NCBI GenBank assembly: GCA_964394645.1
Contig: CAYMYC010000001.1
Span: 479,359 to 543,358 of the forward strand
Length of the DNA: 64,000 nt
Origin: an uncultured Gammaproteobacteria bacterium
GTDB taxonomy: Bacteria; Patescibacteriota; Microgenomatia; Levybacterales; GWA1-39-11
Reading direction: 5' to 3'
The notes beneath the pieces are model-generated. The model saw nothing but the letters and a program-made list of their open reading frames with translations, was not told the DNA's origin and did no database searches. The translations under genes were made by a program, and so were the position numbers. This document shows, piece by piece, positions 50,102 through 59,685 of the stretch (its first letter is position 1; each line of letters begins with the position of its first letter).

Positions 50102-52975
50102 ATGTACGACAAAATAATAGTAAAAGGCGCGCGCGAGCACAATCTAAAGAATATTGATCTTGAGATTCCCAAAAACAAATTAGTGGTTTTTACAGGATTA
50201 TCAGGTAGTGGAAAAAGTTCCCTTGCTTTTGACACAATTTATGCAGAAGGTCAAAGGAGGTATGTAGAGTCGTTGTCAAGCTATGCAAGGCAATTTTTGG
50301 GAATAATGAAAAAGCCTGATGTCGATTTTATCGAAGGTCTTTCACCTGCAATATCAATAGATCAAAAATCGACCTCACACAATCCCCGCTCAACAGTTGG
50401 CACTGTTACTGAAATCTATGACTATTTACGCCTTTTATTCGCACGCGTAGGTCATCCTCATTGTCCAAAATGCGGTACTGAGATATCACGCACCACAAAA
50501 GAAAAAATACTTGAAGACGTAATATTAAAATTTGTAGGAATGCAGCCTGCTCGGATAATGGTACTTTCTCCTGTTGTGAAAGGAAGAAAAGGTGAATATA
50601 ACGATTTGTTTAAGGATTTGAGAAAACGCGGATATCAAAAAGTAAGAGTAGACGGAAAAATATTAGATTTATCTGAAGATATTGGGCTTATTAAAGCAAA
50701 TAAACATACCATTGACGCAGTAGTAGATAGAATTACCTTGGACAAAAATTTTGATCGCCAAAGATTGTCTGACTCTTTAGAGCAGGCGCTTGTGCTTGGG
50801 AATAGAGAGGTAATAATTACAAAAGTTAAAGATAAGGGATTTGAATTTCCAGAAAAACCAGTAGAAATGGAAGATCTTGCCTATTCAGAAAAATTTGCAT
50901 GTCCCAAATGCGGTACCTCAATATCTGAAATAGAGCCTAGAATTTTTTCTTTTAATTCACCATTTGGGGCATGTACAAATTGTAATGGGTTAGGCGTAAT
51001 TTACGCAATTGATGAGTCACTTGTATTGGCACCAGAATTAACTGTACTTGAAGGAGGAATACTTTCATTCTCAAATATTGGGGAGCAAGATACATGGTTT
51101 GCAAGAACTGTAAAGCAGGCATTATCAGAGAATGATATTCCGTTAAATAAACCAATAAAATCATTTACCTTGGAGCAGAAGAAACAATTACTGTATGGTA
51201 CGGGAGATACAATGTACCAAATAACAGGAACTAATAGATTTGGAGAAAAAACAAAAATTTACGAAGAGTTTACGGGAATAGTAAATTATATGCTTTCAAA
51301 ATACAATGAATCGGATTCTGAAATAGTAAAACGTGAAATTGAAAAGTTTATGAACCCGAAAGTATGTGAGGAGTGTAACGGTGCAAGGCTAAAAAAGGAA
51401 GCACTTGCAGTAACTATTCAAGGGAAGTCAATCGTTGAGATTACAGAAAAAAGTATAGAAGACACGCACGAATTTATTCTTCAGTTAGATTCTGTTTTGA
51501 GCGAACGCGAGAAGCAGATCGCAAAGGTGATTGTCAAAGAAATAAGTGCACGGCTAGCATTTCTTTTAGATGTTGGATTATCCTACCTTACGCTCTCAAG
51601 GAGTGCACATACGCTCGCAGGCGGTGAAGCTCAAAGAATTAGGCTTGCGTCTCAAATAGGAAGTGGGCTCTCAGGTGTTTTATATGTTCTAGATGAGCCA
51701 TCTATTGGGCTGCATCCTAGGGATAATACAAAACTCATAACAACTCTTAAAAGGCTAAAAGAAATAGGTAATACTGTTATAGTTGTAGAGCATGATAAGG
51801 AAATGATGGAAGAGTCAGACTACATTTTTGATATCGGTCCTGGGGCAGGACAGCTAGGGGGACATATTACTGCACAGGGTACACCGCTTGAACTGATGGA
51901 AAATGAGAAGTCGTTAACAGGACAGTATTTATCAGGCAAAAAGAAAATAAAAATTCATAAGAGTAAAAAAGAAGACAAAAATGAGAAAATAATTATTTCG
52001 GGCGTTACTGAGCACAATTTGCAAAATGTAACTGTGGAATTTCCTTTAGGGAAGTTGATATGCGTTACGGGAGTTTCAGGATCTGGAAAATCTACGTTAA
52101 TAAATGATGTCTTGTACCACGCACTAGCACAAAGAAAAAACCCTTATCACAAAGAACGACCAGGTGTATTCAGAGACTTAATGGGTGAGGAATACATAAA
52201 AAGAGTTTTTATGATTGATCAATCTCCAATCGGTCGTACACCACGGAGTAATCCTGCCACATATACAGGTGCCTTCACGCATATCCGGGGTATCTTTGTA
52301 AATAGCAAGGAAGCAAGAATAAGAGGTTACACACCTGGAAGATTTTCATTTAATGTAAAGGGTGGTAGATGTGAAACGTGTGAGGGTGAAGGAACGCTAA
52401 AGATTGAAATGCAGTTTCTCCCTGACGTTTTCATCCCGTGCGAAACATGTAATGGAAAAAGGTATACACAGGAAACGCTTGAGATAGAGTTTGAAGGAAA
52501 AAACATAGCAGACGTTTTAGACATGTCCATAAATGAAGCTTTAGATTTCTTTTCTTTTCATGAAGGATTATCCACAAAATTATTAACACTGAAAGAAGTG
52601 GGGTTATCCTATGTTAAGCTAGGACAATCAGCACCCACTTTGTCAGGAGGAGAAGCGCAGAGAATAAAACTTGCATCCGAACTTTCAAAAAAAGGTGGGA
52701 ATAATAGTCTGTACTTACTAGATGAGCCGACAACAGGACTTCATTTTGCTGATTTAGAAAAGCTTGCTGTAGTATTGCACAAATTAGTTGAAAAAGGAAA
52801 CACAGTGATTGTAATTGAGCATAATCTTGATATTATTAAAAATGCAGATTATATTATTGATCTGGGACCAGAAGGCGGAAAAGGGGGAGGAGCTATTGTT
52901 GCTGTAGGATCTCCACATGAAATTGCGTCAAATCCTCACTCCTATACTGGTCAATACCTGAAAAAGGAATTGTGA
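50102..52975 (+). CDS. uvrA: Excinuclease ABC subunit A
   Basis: GAREHNLK, two Walker A motifs, GGEAQRI, zinc fingers. Confidence 0.98.
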   Translation: MYDKIIVKGAREHNLKNIDLEIPKNKLVVFTGLSGSGKSSLAFDTIYAEGQRRYVESLSSYARQFLGIMKKPDVDFIEGLSPAISIDQKSTSHNPRSTVGTVTEIYDYLRLLFARVGHPHCPKCGTEISRTTKEKILEDVILKFVGMQPARIMVLSPVVKGRKGEYNDLFKDLRKRGYQKVRVDGKILDLSEDIGLIKANKHTIDAVVDRITLDKNFDRQRLSDSLEQALVLGNREVIITKVKDKGFEFPEKPVEMEDLAYSEKFACPKCGTSISEIEPRIFSFNSPFGACTNCNGLGVIYAIDESLVLAPELTVLEGGILSFSNIGEQDTWFARTVKQALSENDIPLNKPIKSFTLEQKKQLLYGTGDTMYQITGTNRFGEKTKIYEEFTGIVNYMLSKYNESDSEIVKREIEKFMNPKVCEECNGARLKKEALAVTIQGKSIVEITEKSIEDTHEFILQLDSVLSEREKQIAKVIVKEISARLAFLLDVGLSYLTLSRSAHTLAGGEAQRIRLASQIGSGLSGVLYVLDEPSIGLHPRDNTKLITTLKRLKEIGNTVIVVEHDKEMMEESDYIFDIGPGAGQLGGHITAQGTPLELMENEKSLTGQYLSGKKKIKIHKSKKEDKNEKIIISGVTEHNLQNVTVEFPLGKLICVTGVSGSGKSTLINDVLYHALAQRKNPYHKERPGVFRDLMGEEYIKRVFMIDQSPIGRTPRSNPATYTGAFTHIRGIFVNSKEARIRGYTPGRFSFNVKGGRCETCEGEGTLKIEMQFLPDVFIPCETCNGKRYTQETLEIEFEGKNIADVLDMSINEALDFFSFHEGLSTKLLTLKEVGLSYVKLGQSAPTLSGGEAQRIKLASELSKKGGNNSLYLLDEPTTGLHFADLEKLAVVLHKLVEKGNTVIVIEHNLDIIKNADYIIDLGPEGGKGGGAIVAVGSPHEIASNPHSYTGQYLKKEL

Positions 52976-54819
52976 CTATAAAGATTATTAAAATATTTCT
53001 TATTTTCATTTTTTTGATTGTACTGCCTGTTTTTCCAAGTTATGCACAGGAGAAGGAAGACTCAAAAGATTACTTTACTGTTTCAGCTAATTCTTTATAC
53101 CAAGTTGTAAACTCCTCATCTACGCATGTTATTCAAGAAATCTCAATAGTAAACAAGAAAGAGTTTTTTTATGCTCCATCATACGCAATAACACTTCATA
53201 CGAAATCAATAAGTAACATTACTGCACGCAATGAGGCAGGTGCTATTCCCTTTACGCTAAAAGAAGGTGAAGACGGATCAAAAACAATAGAAATCACGTT
53301 TCCGGAAAAAATTGTTGGAGTTGGTAAATATAATAATTTCACCTTCTCCTATGACTCTTCAGACTTTACACATAAAATTGGGAACATACTAACCGTTCAA
53401 ATTCCTGCGCTTTCGGGTTCTCAATCTTTCGACTCATATACGGCAGCAGTAAATGTTCCAGAAGAGTTCGGAGTACCAAGCATCATAAAGCCAAATGTTT
53501 CATATAGTAAAAAGGGGAATACGTATATATTTAGCAACGGACAATTGAAAAAAGGAATAGAAATGGTATTTGGTGAATTTCAACTATACAGATTTAAACT
53601 TTCTTATCACTTAGAAAACAATAACGTATTCCCTGTTACAACTGAACTTGCCTTGCCTCCAAACACATCTTATCAGGAGGTAATTGTGGAAAATGTAACA
53701 CCAAAACCTAAGAAAACGTACAGAGATATAGATAAAAATACGCTTGCAACATATTTACTACCGCCAAAAACTACAACCCATGTTACCGCAGAGGTTTTAA
53801 TTAAAGTAAAAAATATACCAACACAAGAAGTTTTGTCAGAATCACAAAAAAAAATATATTTAAAACCCCAAAAATACTGGGAAGTTAATGATCCGGAGAT
53901 ACAAAAAATTGCAAAAGACTTAAAAACTCCTTTAGCAATATATGAGTATGTTGTAAAAACGCTGTCGTATGAAACAAAAAAAGCAAATTTAGAAAACGTG
54001 AGACAAGGAGCAAAAAACACACTCTCAAACCCTTTATACGCAGTTTGCCTTGAATTTACTGACCTTTTTATAAGTCTTGCGCGAGCAGCTCAAATTCCCG
54101 CAAGATCTGTAGAGGGTTATGCCTATACTGATGACTCACAAGATAAACCTTTATCATTGTTTGAGGATGTTCTGCATGCTTGGCCAGAATATTACGATGA
54201 AAATAAAAAAACATGGGTTATGGTAGACCCCACTTGGGGGAATACAACAGGAGGAGTAGACTACTTTAACTCACTCGATTTTGATCATGTTGCGTTCGTC
54301 ATAAACGGGGAAAAGAGTTCATATCCGGTTCCTGCAGGAGGGTATAAAACAGAAGAAGAAACAAAAGATATTGTCGTATCATATCCTGATTCAGTTGCAT
54401 TTGTTAAAAATTCAAAGATTCAAATATCAGGTTCTTTCTCCTCTTTTACAAAGAGTAATTTAATAGAGAGTAAAATAAAACTTATAAATTTAGGTAATTC
54501 TGAATCTAGTCTTCAAAAAGCAGAAATTTATCTTGATGGAAAAAAATCACTTGCCATATCGCTCCCTGAGGTTCCTCCATACGGAGAAGCTGAATTTTCA
54601 ATTGCTATACCTTTGCGCCATACAGGATTTCTTTCTTCTTTGACAAATTTTAATCATACTATTACAATTCATGATGAGAACGGACGGGAGCTATATGCTG
54701 AAAAAATTAAAACATTCCCGTTTTCTCAATACTATTTGATAGGAGGTGCAATTTTTATTGGAATCATATTTATATTCGTCCTTGCCTTCAAAACCAGGAG
54801 TTTACCTCTTCAAAAATAA
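52972..54819 (+). CDS. Secreted/membrane transglutaminase-like protein
   Basis: Signal peptide, VCLEF (Cys), HAWPEY (His), VDPTW (Asp), C-terminal TM. Confidence 0.88.
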   Translation: MTIKIIKIFLIFIFLIVLPVFPSYAQEKEDSKDYFTVSANSLYQVVNSSSTHVIQEISIVNKKEFFYAPSYAITLHTKSISNITARNEAGAIPFTLKEGEDGSKTIEITFPEKIVGVGKYNNFTFSYDSSDFTHKIGNILTVQIPALSGSQSFDSYTAAVNVPEEFGVPSIIKPNVSYSKKGNTYIFSNGQLKKGIEMVFGEFQLYRFKLSYHLENNNVFPVTTELALPPNTSYQEVIVENVTPKPKKTYRDIDKNTLATYLLPPKTTTHVTAEVLIKVKNIPTQEVLSESQKKIYLKPQKYWEVNDPEIQKIAKDLKTPLAIYEYVVKTLSYETKKANLENVRQGAKNTLSNPLYAVCLEFTDLFISLARAAQIPARSVEGYAYTDDSQDKPLSLFEDVLHAWPEYYDENKKTWVMVDPTWGNTTGGVDYFNSLDFDHVAFVINGEKSSYPVPAGGYKTEEETKDIVVSYPDSVAFVKNSKIQISGSFSSFTKSNLIESKIKLINLGNSESSLQKAEIYLDGKKSLAISLPEVPPYGEAEFSIAIPLRHTGFLSSLTNFNHTITIHDENGRELYAEKIKTFPFSQYYLIGGAIFIGIIFIFVLAFKTRSLPLQK

Positions 54820-56044
54820 CGAAAAAAAGATAATTTATATTGGTAAAGCAAAGAATCTTAAAAAAAGAGTTTCATCCTATTTTCAAAAAGGCGCTCATGA
54901 CGCAAAAACTACACATTTAGTAAGCGCTATTAAATCAATAGAGCACACACCAGTAAGCTCTGAAATAGAAGCATTTTTACTGGAAGCAGAGCTTATTAAA
55001 AAGTATAAGCCTTATTATAATATCCGTTTTACTGATGATAAATCTTACCCATATATTATGATTACAACCAATAGTTTTCCTTATGTATCAGTGGTGCGTA
55101 AGATGAATAACAAGAAGGCAGATTATTTCGGTCCATACCCTGATGCAGGATCAGTAAAAACTGTACTTAAAATTTTAAGAAGAATATTTCCTTATCAGTC
55201 GGTTAAAAATCACTCAAAAAGAAAATGCCTGTATTATCATCTGGGACTTTGTCCTTGCCTTCCTGCAGCCCCTGAAAATAGAATCCAATACATGAAAAAT
55301 TTGAGGCTTTTAAAAAGCTTTTTAGGAGGAAAAACGGGTAAGGTTACTGAAGCACTTAGAAAAGAACAAAAACGCAGTATTCAACATGAGGAATTTGAAA
55401 ACGCTTCAAGTATTCAAAAGCAGCTTGACTCAATAAAAAAGATTACTCAAGAGACATTTGATCCATTTTTCTACATATCTACCCCAAATGCGCAAGCCAA
55501 ACGTGAAAAGAATGAAAATGAGAATCTAAAAACTTTGCTTACCAGCTCTGGGCTAGAATTAACCGCTCTTAACAGAATAGAGTGTTATGACATATCAAAT
55601 TTTCAAGGAACAAATGCTACCGGTTCTATGACAGTATTTGTTGATGGAAGCGCTACAACAAGCGAATATAGAAAGTTTAAAATTAAAAAGCTTTCAACAC
55701 CAAATGATTTTGCAATGCATCAAGAAGTAATGGCAAGACGCCTAAAACATACGGAGTGGGGAATGCCTGACCTTATTATAGTAGATGGTGGAAAAGGACA
55801 AGTGAGCTCTGTTTTACAAGTTCTTGCTCATATGAATGTTAATTTCCCTGTCATTGGTCTTGCAAAACGGTTTGAAACTATTATTCTACCTGAAAAAGCT
55901 GGAAAGCAGATTATCTTTAATGAGGTAAGAGTTCCTTTATCAACTCCTGCGCTAAATTTGGTGCGGCGAATACGAGACGAAGCACATCGTTTTGCAATTT
56001 CATATCACAGAACGTTAAGAAGTAAAAAAACATTTACAGATTAG
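54746..56044 (+). CDS. uvrC: Excinuclease ABC subunit C (no C-terminal HhH)
   Basis: PGVYLF..IYIGKAKNL GIY-YIG, RIECYDISN, IVDGGKGQ, RDEAHRFA. Confidence 0.93.
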   Translation: MQFLLESYLYSSLPSKPGVYLFKNNEKKIIYIGKAKNLKKRVSSYFQKGAHDAKTTHLVSAIKSIEHTPVSSEIEAFLLEAELIKKYKPYYNIRFTDDKSYPYIMITTNSFPYVSVVRKMNNKKADYFGPYPDAGSVKTVLKILRRIFPYQSVKNHSKRKCLYYHLGLCPCLPAAPENRIQYMKNLRLLKSFLGGKTGKVTEALRKEQKRSIQHEEFENASSIQKQLDSIKKITQETFDPFFYISTPNAQAKREKNENENLKTLLTSSGLELTALNRIECYDISNFQGTNATGSMTVFVDGSATTSEYRKFKIKKLSTPNDFAMHQEVMARRLKHTEWGMPDLIIVDGGKGQVSSVLQVLAHMNVNFPVIGLAKRFETIILPEKAGKQIIFNEVRVPLSTPALNLVRRIRDEAHRFAISYHRTLRSKKTFTD

Positions 56045-56069
56045 AATCAGTCTGTTAGCATAGAATGTA

Positions 56070-56474
56070 ATGAAGTTTATACTCCAACAGCTTATAATAG
56101 CTATTATCTCTCTTTATCTCACATCGCTTTTTTTCCCTGGACTTGTTATTTCTGGCGGGTTTCCACAACTATTTCTTGCGTCTTTATTTTTAGTTGTAGG
56201 GTTTGTTGTTATACGCCCTTTGATAAATCTTATTACGCTTCCTTTAGGAATTCTTACGTTGGGACTTTTTTCTGTTATTACAACTTCAATAGTTCTATTT
56301 TTAATAACCGTAATCGATCAAAATTTTAATATTGTACCTTTCCCTTTTTCCGGTTTCTCATTTTACGGACTCGTAATTCCTTCATTTTATGCCAATATAC
56401 TTTTGTCTTACATATTAATTTCTGCTACAATACAGGCAGTACAAAAAGTATTGATGTACATATTTGATTTATGA
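56070..56474 (+). CDS. 4-TM phage holin family (YvlD-like) membrane protein
   Basis: IRPLINLITLPLGILTLGLF; common neighbour of uvr genes. Confidence 0.8.
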   Translation: MKFILQQLIIAIISLYLTSLFFPGLVISGGFPQLFLASLFLVVGFVVIRPLINLITLPLGILTLGLFSVITTSIVLFLITVIDQNFNIVPFPFSGFSFYGLVIPSFYANILLSYILISATIQAVQKVLMYIFDL

Positions 56475-56689
56475 ATTCAGCATATACAGTTGTCCAGATA
56501 GTGATAGCGGTTTTAATAGTTATCACAATAATTTTACAGACCAGAGGTTCATCTTCTGGAATGGCTTTTGGAGGGGGAACGGAGAGCTATAGAGGCAAGA
56601 AGGGAATGGAAAAAGTATTGTTTTACACAACAATAATTCTTGCTGCTATCTTTGCTCTTATTTCTATTCTGTCTCTCATCAATCAGTAA
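56471..56689 (+). CDS. secG: Preprotein translocase SecG
   Basis: ILQTRGS..GMAFGGG...GMEKVL; two TMs. Confidence 0.9.
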   Translation: MNSAYTVVQIVIAVLIVITIILQTRGSSSGMAFGGGTESYRGKKGMEKVLFYTTIILAAIFALISILSLINQ

Positions 56690-56753
56690 TTTTTGGGGCA
56701 CTTTAAAGTGACGTGAGACTTTATATCCTGTGAGAAACTAAAAAGTAAATTTT

Positions 56754-58091
56754 ATGGTATTGGTAAGACGCAGATACTATATCTGGTTATTTAAAGCATA
56801 TTTTAAGAAGTGGAAGAAAACTATTTTTTCCTCAATATTAGTAGGTGCTTGCGTCTTTTTTGTTTTTCTTCTAATCTTAAATTACTACGTTTTTCCTATA
56901 TTTAATAATAGCGTTGTAAAAATTGGGTATGCAGGCTCCTATACTTTAGCAACACTACCCCAAGCGGTACTTAAAGATGTTTCCTATGGTCTAACAACCG
57001 TAGAACCAAATAATAAGGTGCTACCTGCTGCTGCATCTTCATGGGAAATTTCAAAAAACGGACGAGTATATACATTTGTTTTACGTGATAATTTAAAGCT
57101 ATCAAATGGGAAGAAATTTTTAGCAGAAGATGTCCCCTATAAATTTAAGGACGTTGAAAGTAAGGTAATTGATGCAAACAAAATTCAATTTACCCTTAAA
57201 AATGCCTACGCACCGTTCTTATCAGTTGTCAGTTCTCCAATAATAATACAAAATTATGGGTTAAATGAGTATCATATTGCAAAAATAGAGGAGAACTCCG
57301 GGTTTATAAAATCCTTAACATTAACTAATAAAGACAGTACCAAAAAGAAAATATTTTATTTTTATCCAACAGCAGATGCATTAACTACTGCCTTTATGCT
57401 AGGCGAGGTTTCTAAAATGGAAAACGTTTTGCCTGATACAAATCCTGAAAAAAACTTTTCCGCATGGGGAAACGTAGAAGTTCAAAAGAGCACAGATTAC
57501 ACTCAGCTAATTGGTATTTTTTTTAATACCTCTGATAATATTCTTTCAAATAAAAAAGTACGTCAAGCACTAACCTATGTATTACCAAAAACTTTTCCTG
57601 AAGGTGAAAGAACTTTCTCCTTTATTCAACCGAATTCTATATATTACACAGAAAGTCCAAATGAAGGAATTTTAGACCTTGCGCTATCTAGATCTCTTTT
57701 GTCAGCGTCAGAAATTAAGAATCCTACTATAACATTAAAAACACCAGATGAGCTGAGGTCAATTGCACTAGCAGTAGCTAAAGAATGGAAAAAAATTGGA
57801 GTAAAGACAGATATTATTACGACAAATGATCTTCCAACAACTTACCAAGCGCTTCTTTACACGATGAGATTGCCATACGATCCTGATATGTACACTATTT
57901 GGCACTCTGGACAAGTAAATAACATTACACACTACAAAAATGTGAGGATTGATAAATTACTTGAGGATGGAAGACAAGCCACTGATGAAAATAAGCGTAT
58001 TCAAATATATGCCGACGTCCAAAAATATTTATTAGACGATGCGCCTGCAGCTTTTCTTTACTTCCCATACAGCTATACAGTATCACGATAA
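56754..58091 (+). CDS. ABC substrate-binding protein family 5 (peptide/nickel)
   Basis: PAAASSWEIS..VYTFVLR, KKVRQAL, IDKLLEDGR, PAAFLY. Confidence 0.85.
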   Translation: MVLVRRRYYIWLFKAYFKKWKKTIFSSILVGACVFFVFLLILNYYVFPIFNNSVVKIGYAGSYTLATLPQAVLKDVSYGLTTVEPNNKVLPAAASSWEISKNGRVYTFVLRDNLKLSNGKKFLAEDVPYKFKDVESKVIDANKIQFTLKNAYAPFLSVVSSPIIIQNYGLNEYHIAKIEENSGFIKSLTLTNKDSTKKKIFYFYPTADALTTAFMLGEVSKMENVLPDTNPEKNFSAWGNVEVQKSTDYTQLIGIFFNTSDNILSNKKVRQALTYVLPKTFPEGERTFSFIQPNSIYYTESPNEGILDLALSRSLLSASEIKNPTITLKTPDELRSIALAVAKEWKKIGVKTDIITTNDLPTTYQALLYTMRLPYDPDMYTIWHSGQVNNITHYKNVRIDKLLEDGRQATDENKRIQIYADVQKYLLDDAPAAFLYFPYSYTVSR

Positions 58092-58142
58092 TTTATTGCC
58101 TCAGCAATATTTATTTGTTAAAATCTATTAGCTTCGTGAGTT

Positions 58143-58215
58143 GCGCCTGTGGCTCAATGGATAGAGCACTTGTCTTCGGAACAAGGGGTTGCGTGTTCGA
58201 CTCACGCCAGGCGCG
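58143..58215 (+). tRNA. tRNA-Arg(UCG)
   Basis: GCGCCTG/CAGGCGC, CTTGT-CTTCGGA-ACAAG, TTCGACT. Confidence 0.94.
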
Positions 58216-58232
58216 CACTATTAAATATTGAA

Positions 58233-58304
58233 GGGCGACTAGCTCAATGGTAGAGCAATTCCCTCTTAAGGAATCGGTTCGGGGTCCGAATCCCCGGTCG
58301 CTCA
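58233..58304 (+). tRNA. tRNA-Lys(CUU)
   Basis: GGGCGAC/GTCGCTC, ATTCC-CTCTTAA-GGAAT, atypical T-loop TCCGAAT. Confidence 0.9.
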
Positions 58305-58361
58305 CAAATGTCTTATAGTTAGTGTTTTTCTGTATAATCTGCTATAATCCTCGTATACATT

Positions 58362-59066
58362 ATGGAAAGAGATGTTATGAAAGCACGGGCTCAAGCTGAA
58401 TATATGGCTTTAATTAGCCTTGGGTTAAAAGAGCGGGAGCTAGCCTGGCAGCGTAGAGAGAAGTGGATTACTAGAATTTTACAAAAAGGAAAAAATAAGA
58501 GACTTCTAGAAACGGCAAATGCAATAGATGATGAAGTGCAAGAAAGACTTTCTATTATTAGTTCTATTACAGATCTTAATTTTGGTGCTAATGGTGCCTG
58601 GAAGTTAAGTAGTGAACTTAAAGGAAAACATATAGACATTGAACAGATTGATAGAAACGGTAAAAAATTGTATTCAGTAAAAGTGGGAGGGGAAAATCCT
58701 CCAGATCATGAGTTCAGCAAGCTAGCCAGACTTTACTCCAGTGCTGTAAATGAAATTCAAGGCATATTAAAAGAACAAGAAACAAAAGGTGAGTCCACAA
58801 GACGACCCCAAGAAGAATTTAGAGGAGATTTAGAAAAGGCTAAGTCCGAAGATCAATTGGGTCATTTTAAAGTACTAGGCTTAAAACCAAATGACTTTGA
58901 AGGACTAAATGGGAATCAAATTGTGGCTATGATCAATGCTAAATACAGACTAGCAGCAAGAAAAAAGCATCCTGATATGCAGAGTGGTGATAGTGACGGT
59001 ATGAAAAAAATAAACATTGCTAGAGATGCGTTGCTTAACGCGTACACGAAAAAAAACACACATTAA
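58362..59066 (+). CDS. Protein with C-terminal DnaJ J-domain
   Basis: HFKVLGL...KYRLAARKKHPD...MKKINIARDAL. Confidence 0.8.
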   Translation: MERDVMKARAQAEYMALISLGLKERELAWQRREKWITRILQKGKNKRLLETANAIDDEVQERLSIISSITDLNFGANGAWKLSSELKGKHIDIEQIDRNGKKLYSVKVGGENPPDHEFSKLARLYSSAVNEIQGILKEQETKGESTRRPQEEFRGDLEKAKSEDQLGHFKVLGLKPNDFEGLNGNQIVAMINAKYRLAARKKHPDMQSGDSDGMKKINIARDALLNAYTKKNTH

Positions 59067-59118
59067 CTTTCATAATTTCTGGTATATCTTTGCAGTTTTA
59101 TAAAAGTCTCTTTATATA

Positions 59119-59592
59119 TTATTTTCCAATTTTTGGTGTAGGATGGCTTGTTTTTTCCATGTTAACTACTTTTTCTGAAATTAACTTTATTGCGGCTTTA
59201 ATTTGATCTAAGTCTTGCTGAATATCTTCAACTTCTTCCTCCTGCTCTTGGTCTTCTTTTTCTTCCTCCAGTTCGCGGTATTCTTCTAATAATTCCTGCC
59301 TGTTTTGAGCAATAAGGATAAAGGTTGAAAGGAAAATTGCCTCTAAAGATACGAGCATGGTAAGTAAACCATATGGGAATGGGTCAAACGGATGTAAATA
59401 AGGTTCTAACAAACCCTGATTTATAGCAATCCACAAGCTAAACCAAACCACATGAAAGTATAAGAAATTCATGCTTCCAGAGAAGCTTGTAATCCACTCA
59501 GCAAGTGTTCCTTCTACTGAATGTATTCTTCTCCTGATACTTCTTTGCTTTTTTTGAATTTGTACTTCTTTTTGCTTATCTAATGGTGACAT
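59119..59592 (-). CDS. DUF1003 membrane protein
   Basis: FSGSMNF, FDPFPYGLLTMLVSLEAIFLSTFILIAQNR. Confidence 0.9.
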   Translation of the reverse strand: MSPLDKQKEVQIQKKQRSIRRRIHSVEGTLAEWITSFSGSMNFLYFHVVWFSLWIAINQGLLEPYLHPFDPFPYGLLTMLVSLEAIFLSTFILIAQNRQELLEEYRELEEEKEDQEQEEEVEDIQQDLDQIKAAIKLISEKVVNMEKTSHPTPKIGK

Positions 59593-59639
59593 AGACCCTT
59601 TTAAAAATTTATGCCCCCAACTAGGGGGCTTATATAGTG

Positions 59640-59669
59640 ATTTTAGTCCCGATCTTTCGGGTTTGTCAA
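59640..59669 (-). promoter_or_regulatory. Promoter TTGACA-18-TAAAAT with palindrome CCCGA-TCTT-TCGGG in the spacer
   Basis: Direct reading upstream of the DUF1003 gene; GCCCCC-AACTA-GGGGGC hairpin at 59613-59629. Confidence 0.55.
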
Positions 59670-59685
59670 GGTTTAAGTAGGAATT

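Noticed and set aside
56070-56474. Holin as evidence of a prophage
   Set aside because: This YvlD-like family is commonly chromosomal near uvr genes; no phage genes nearby.
58111-58305. 64-aa minus-strand ORF
   Set aside because: It is the antisense of two tRNA genes.
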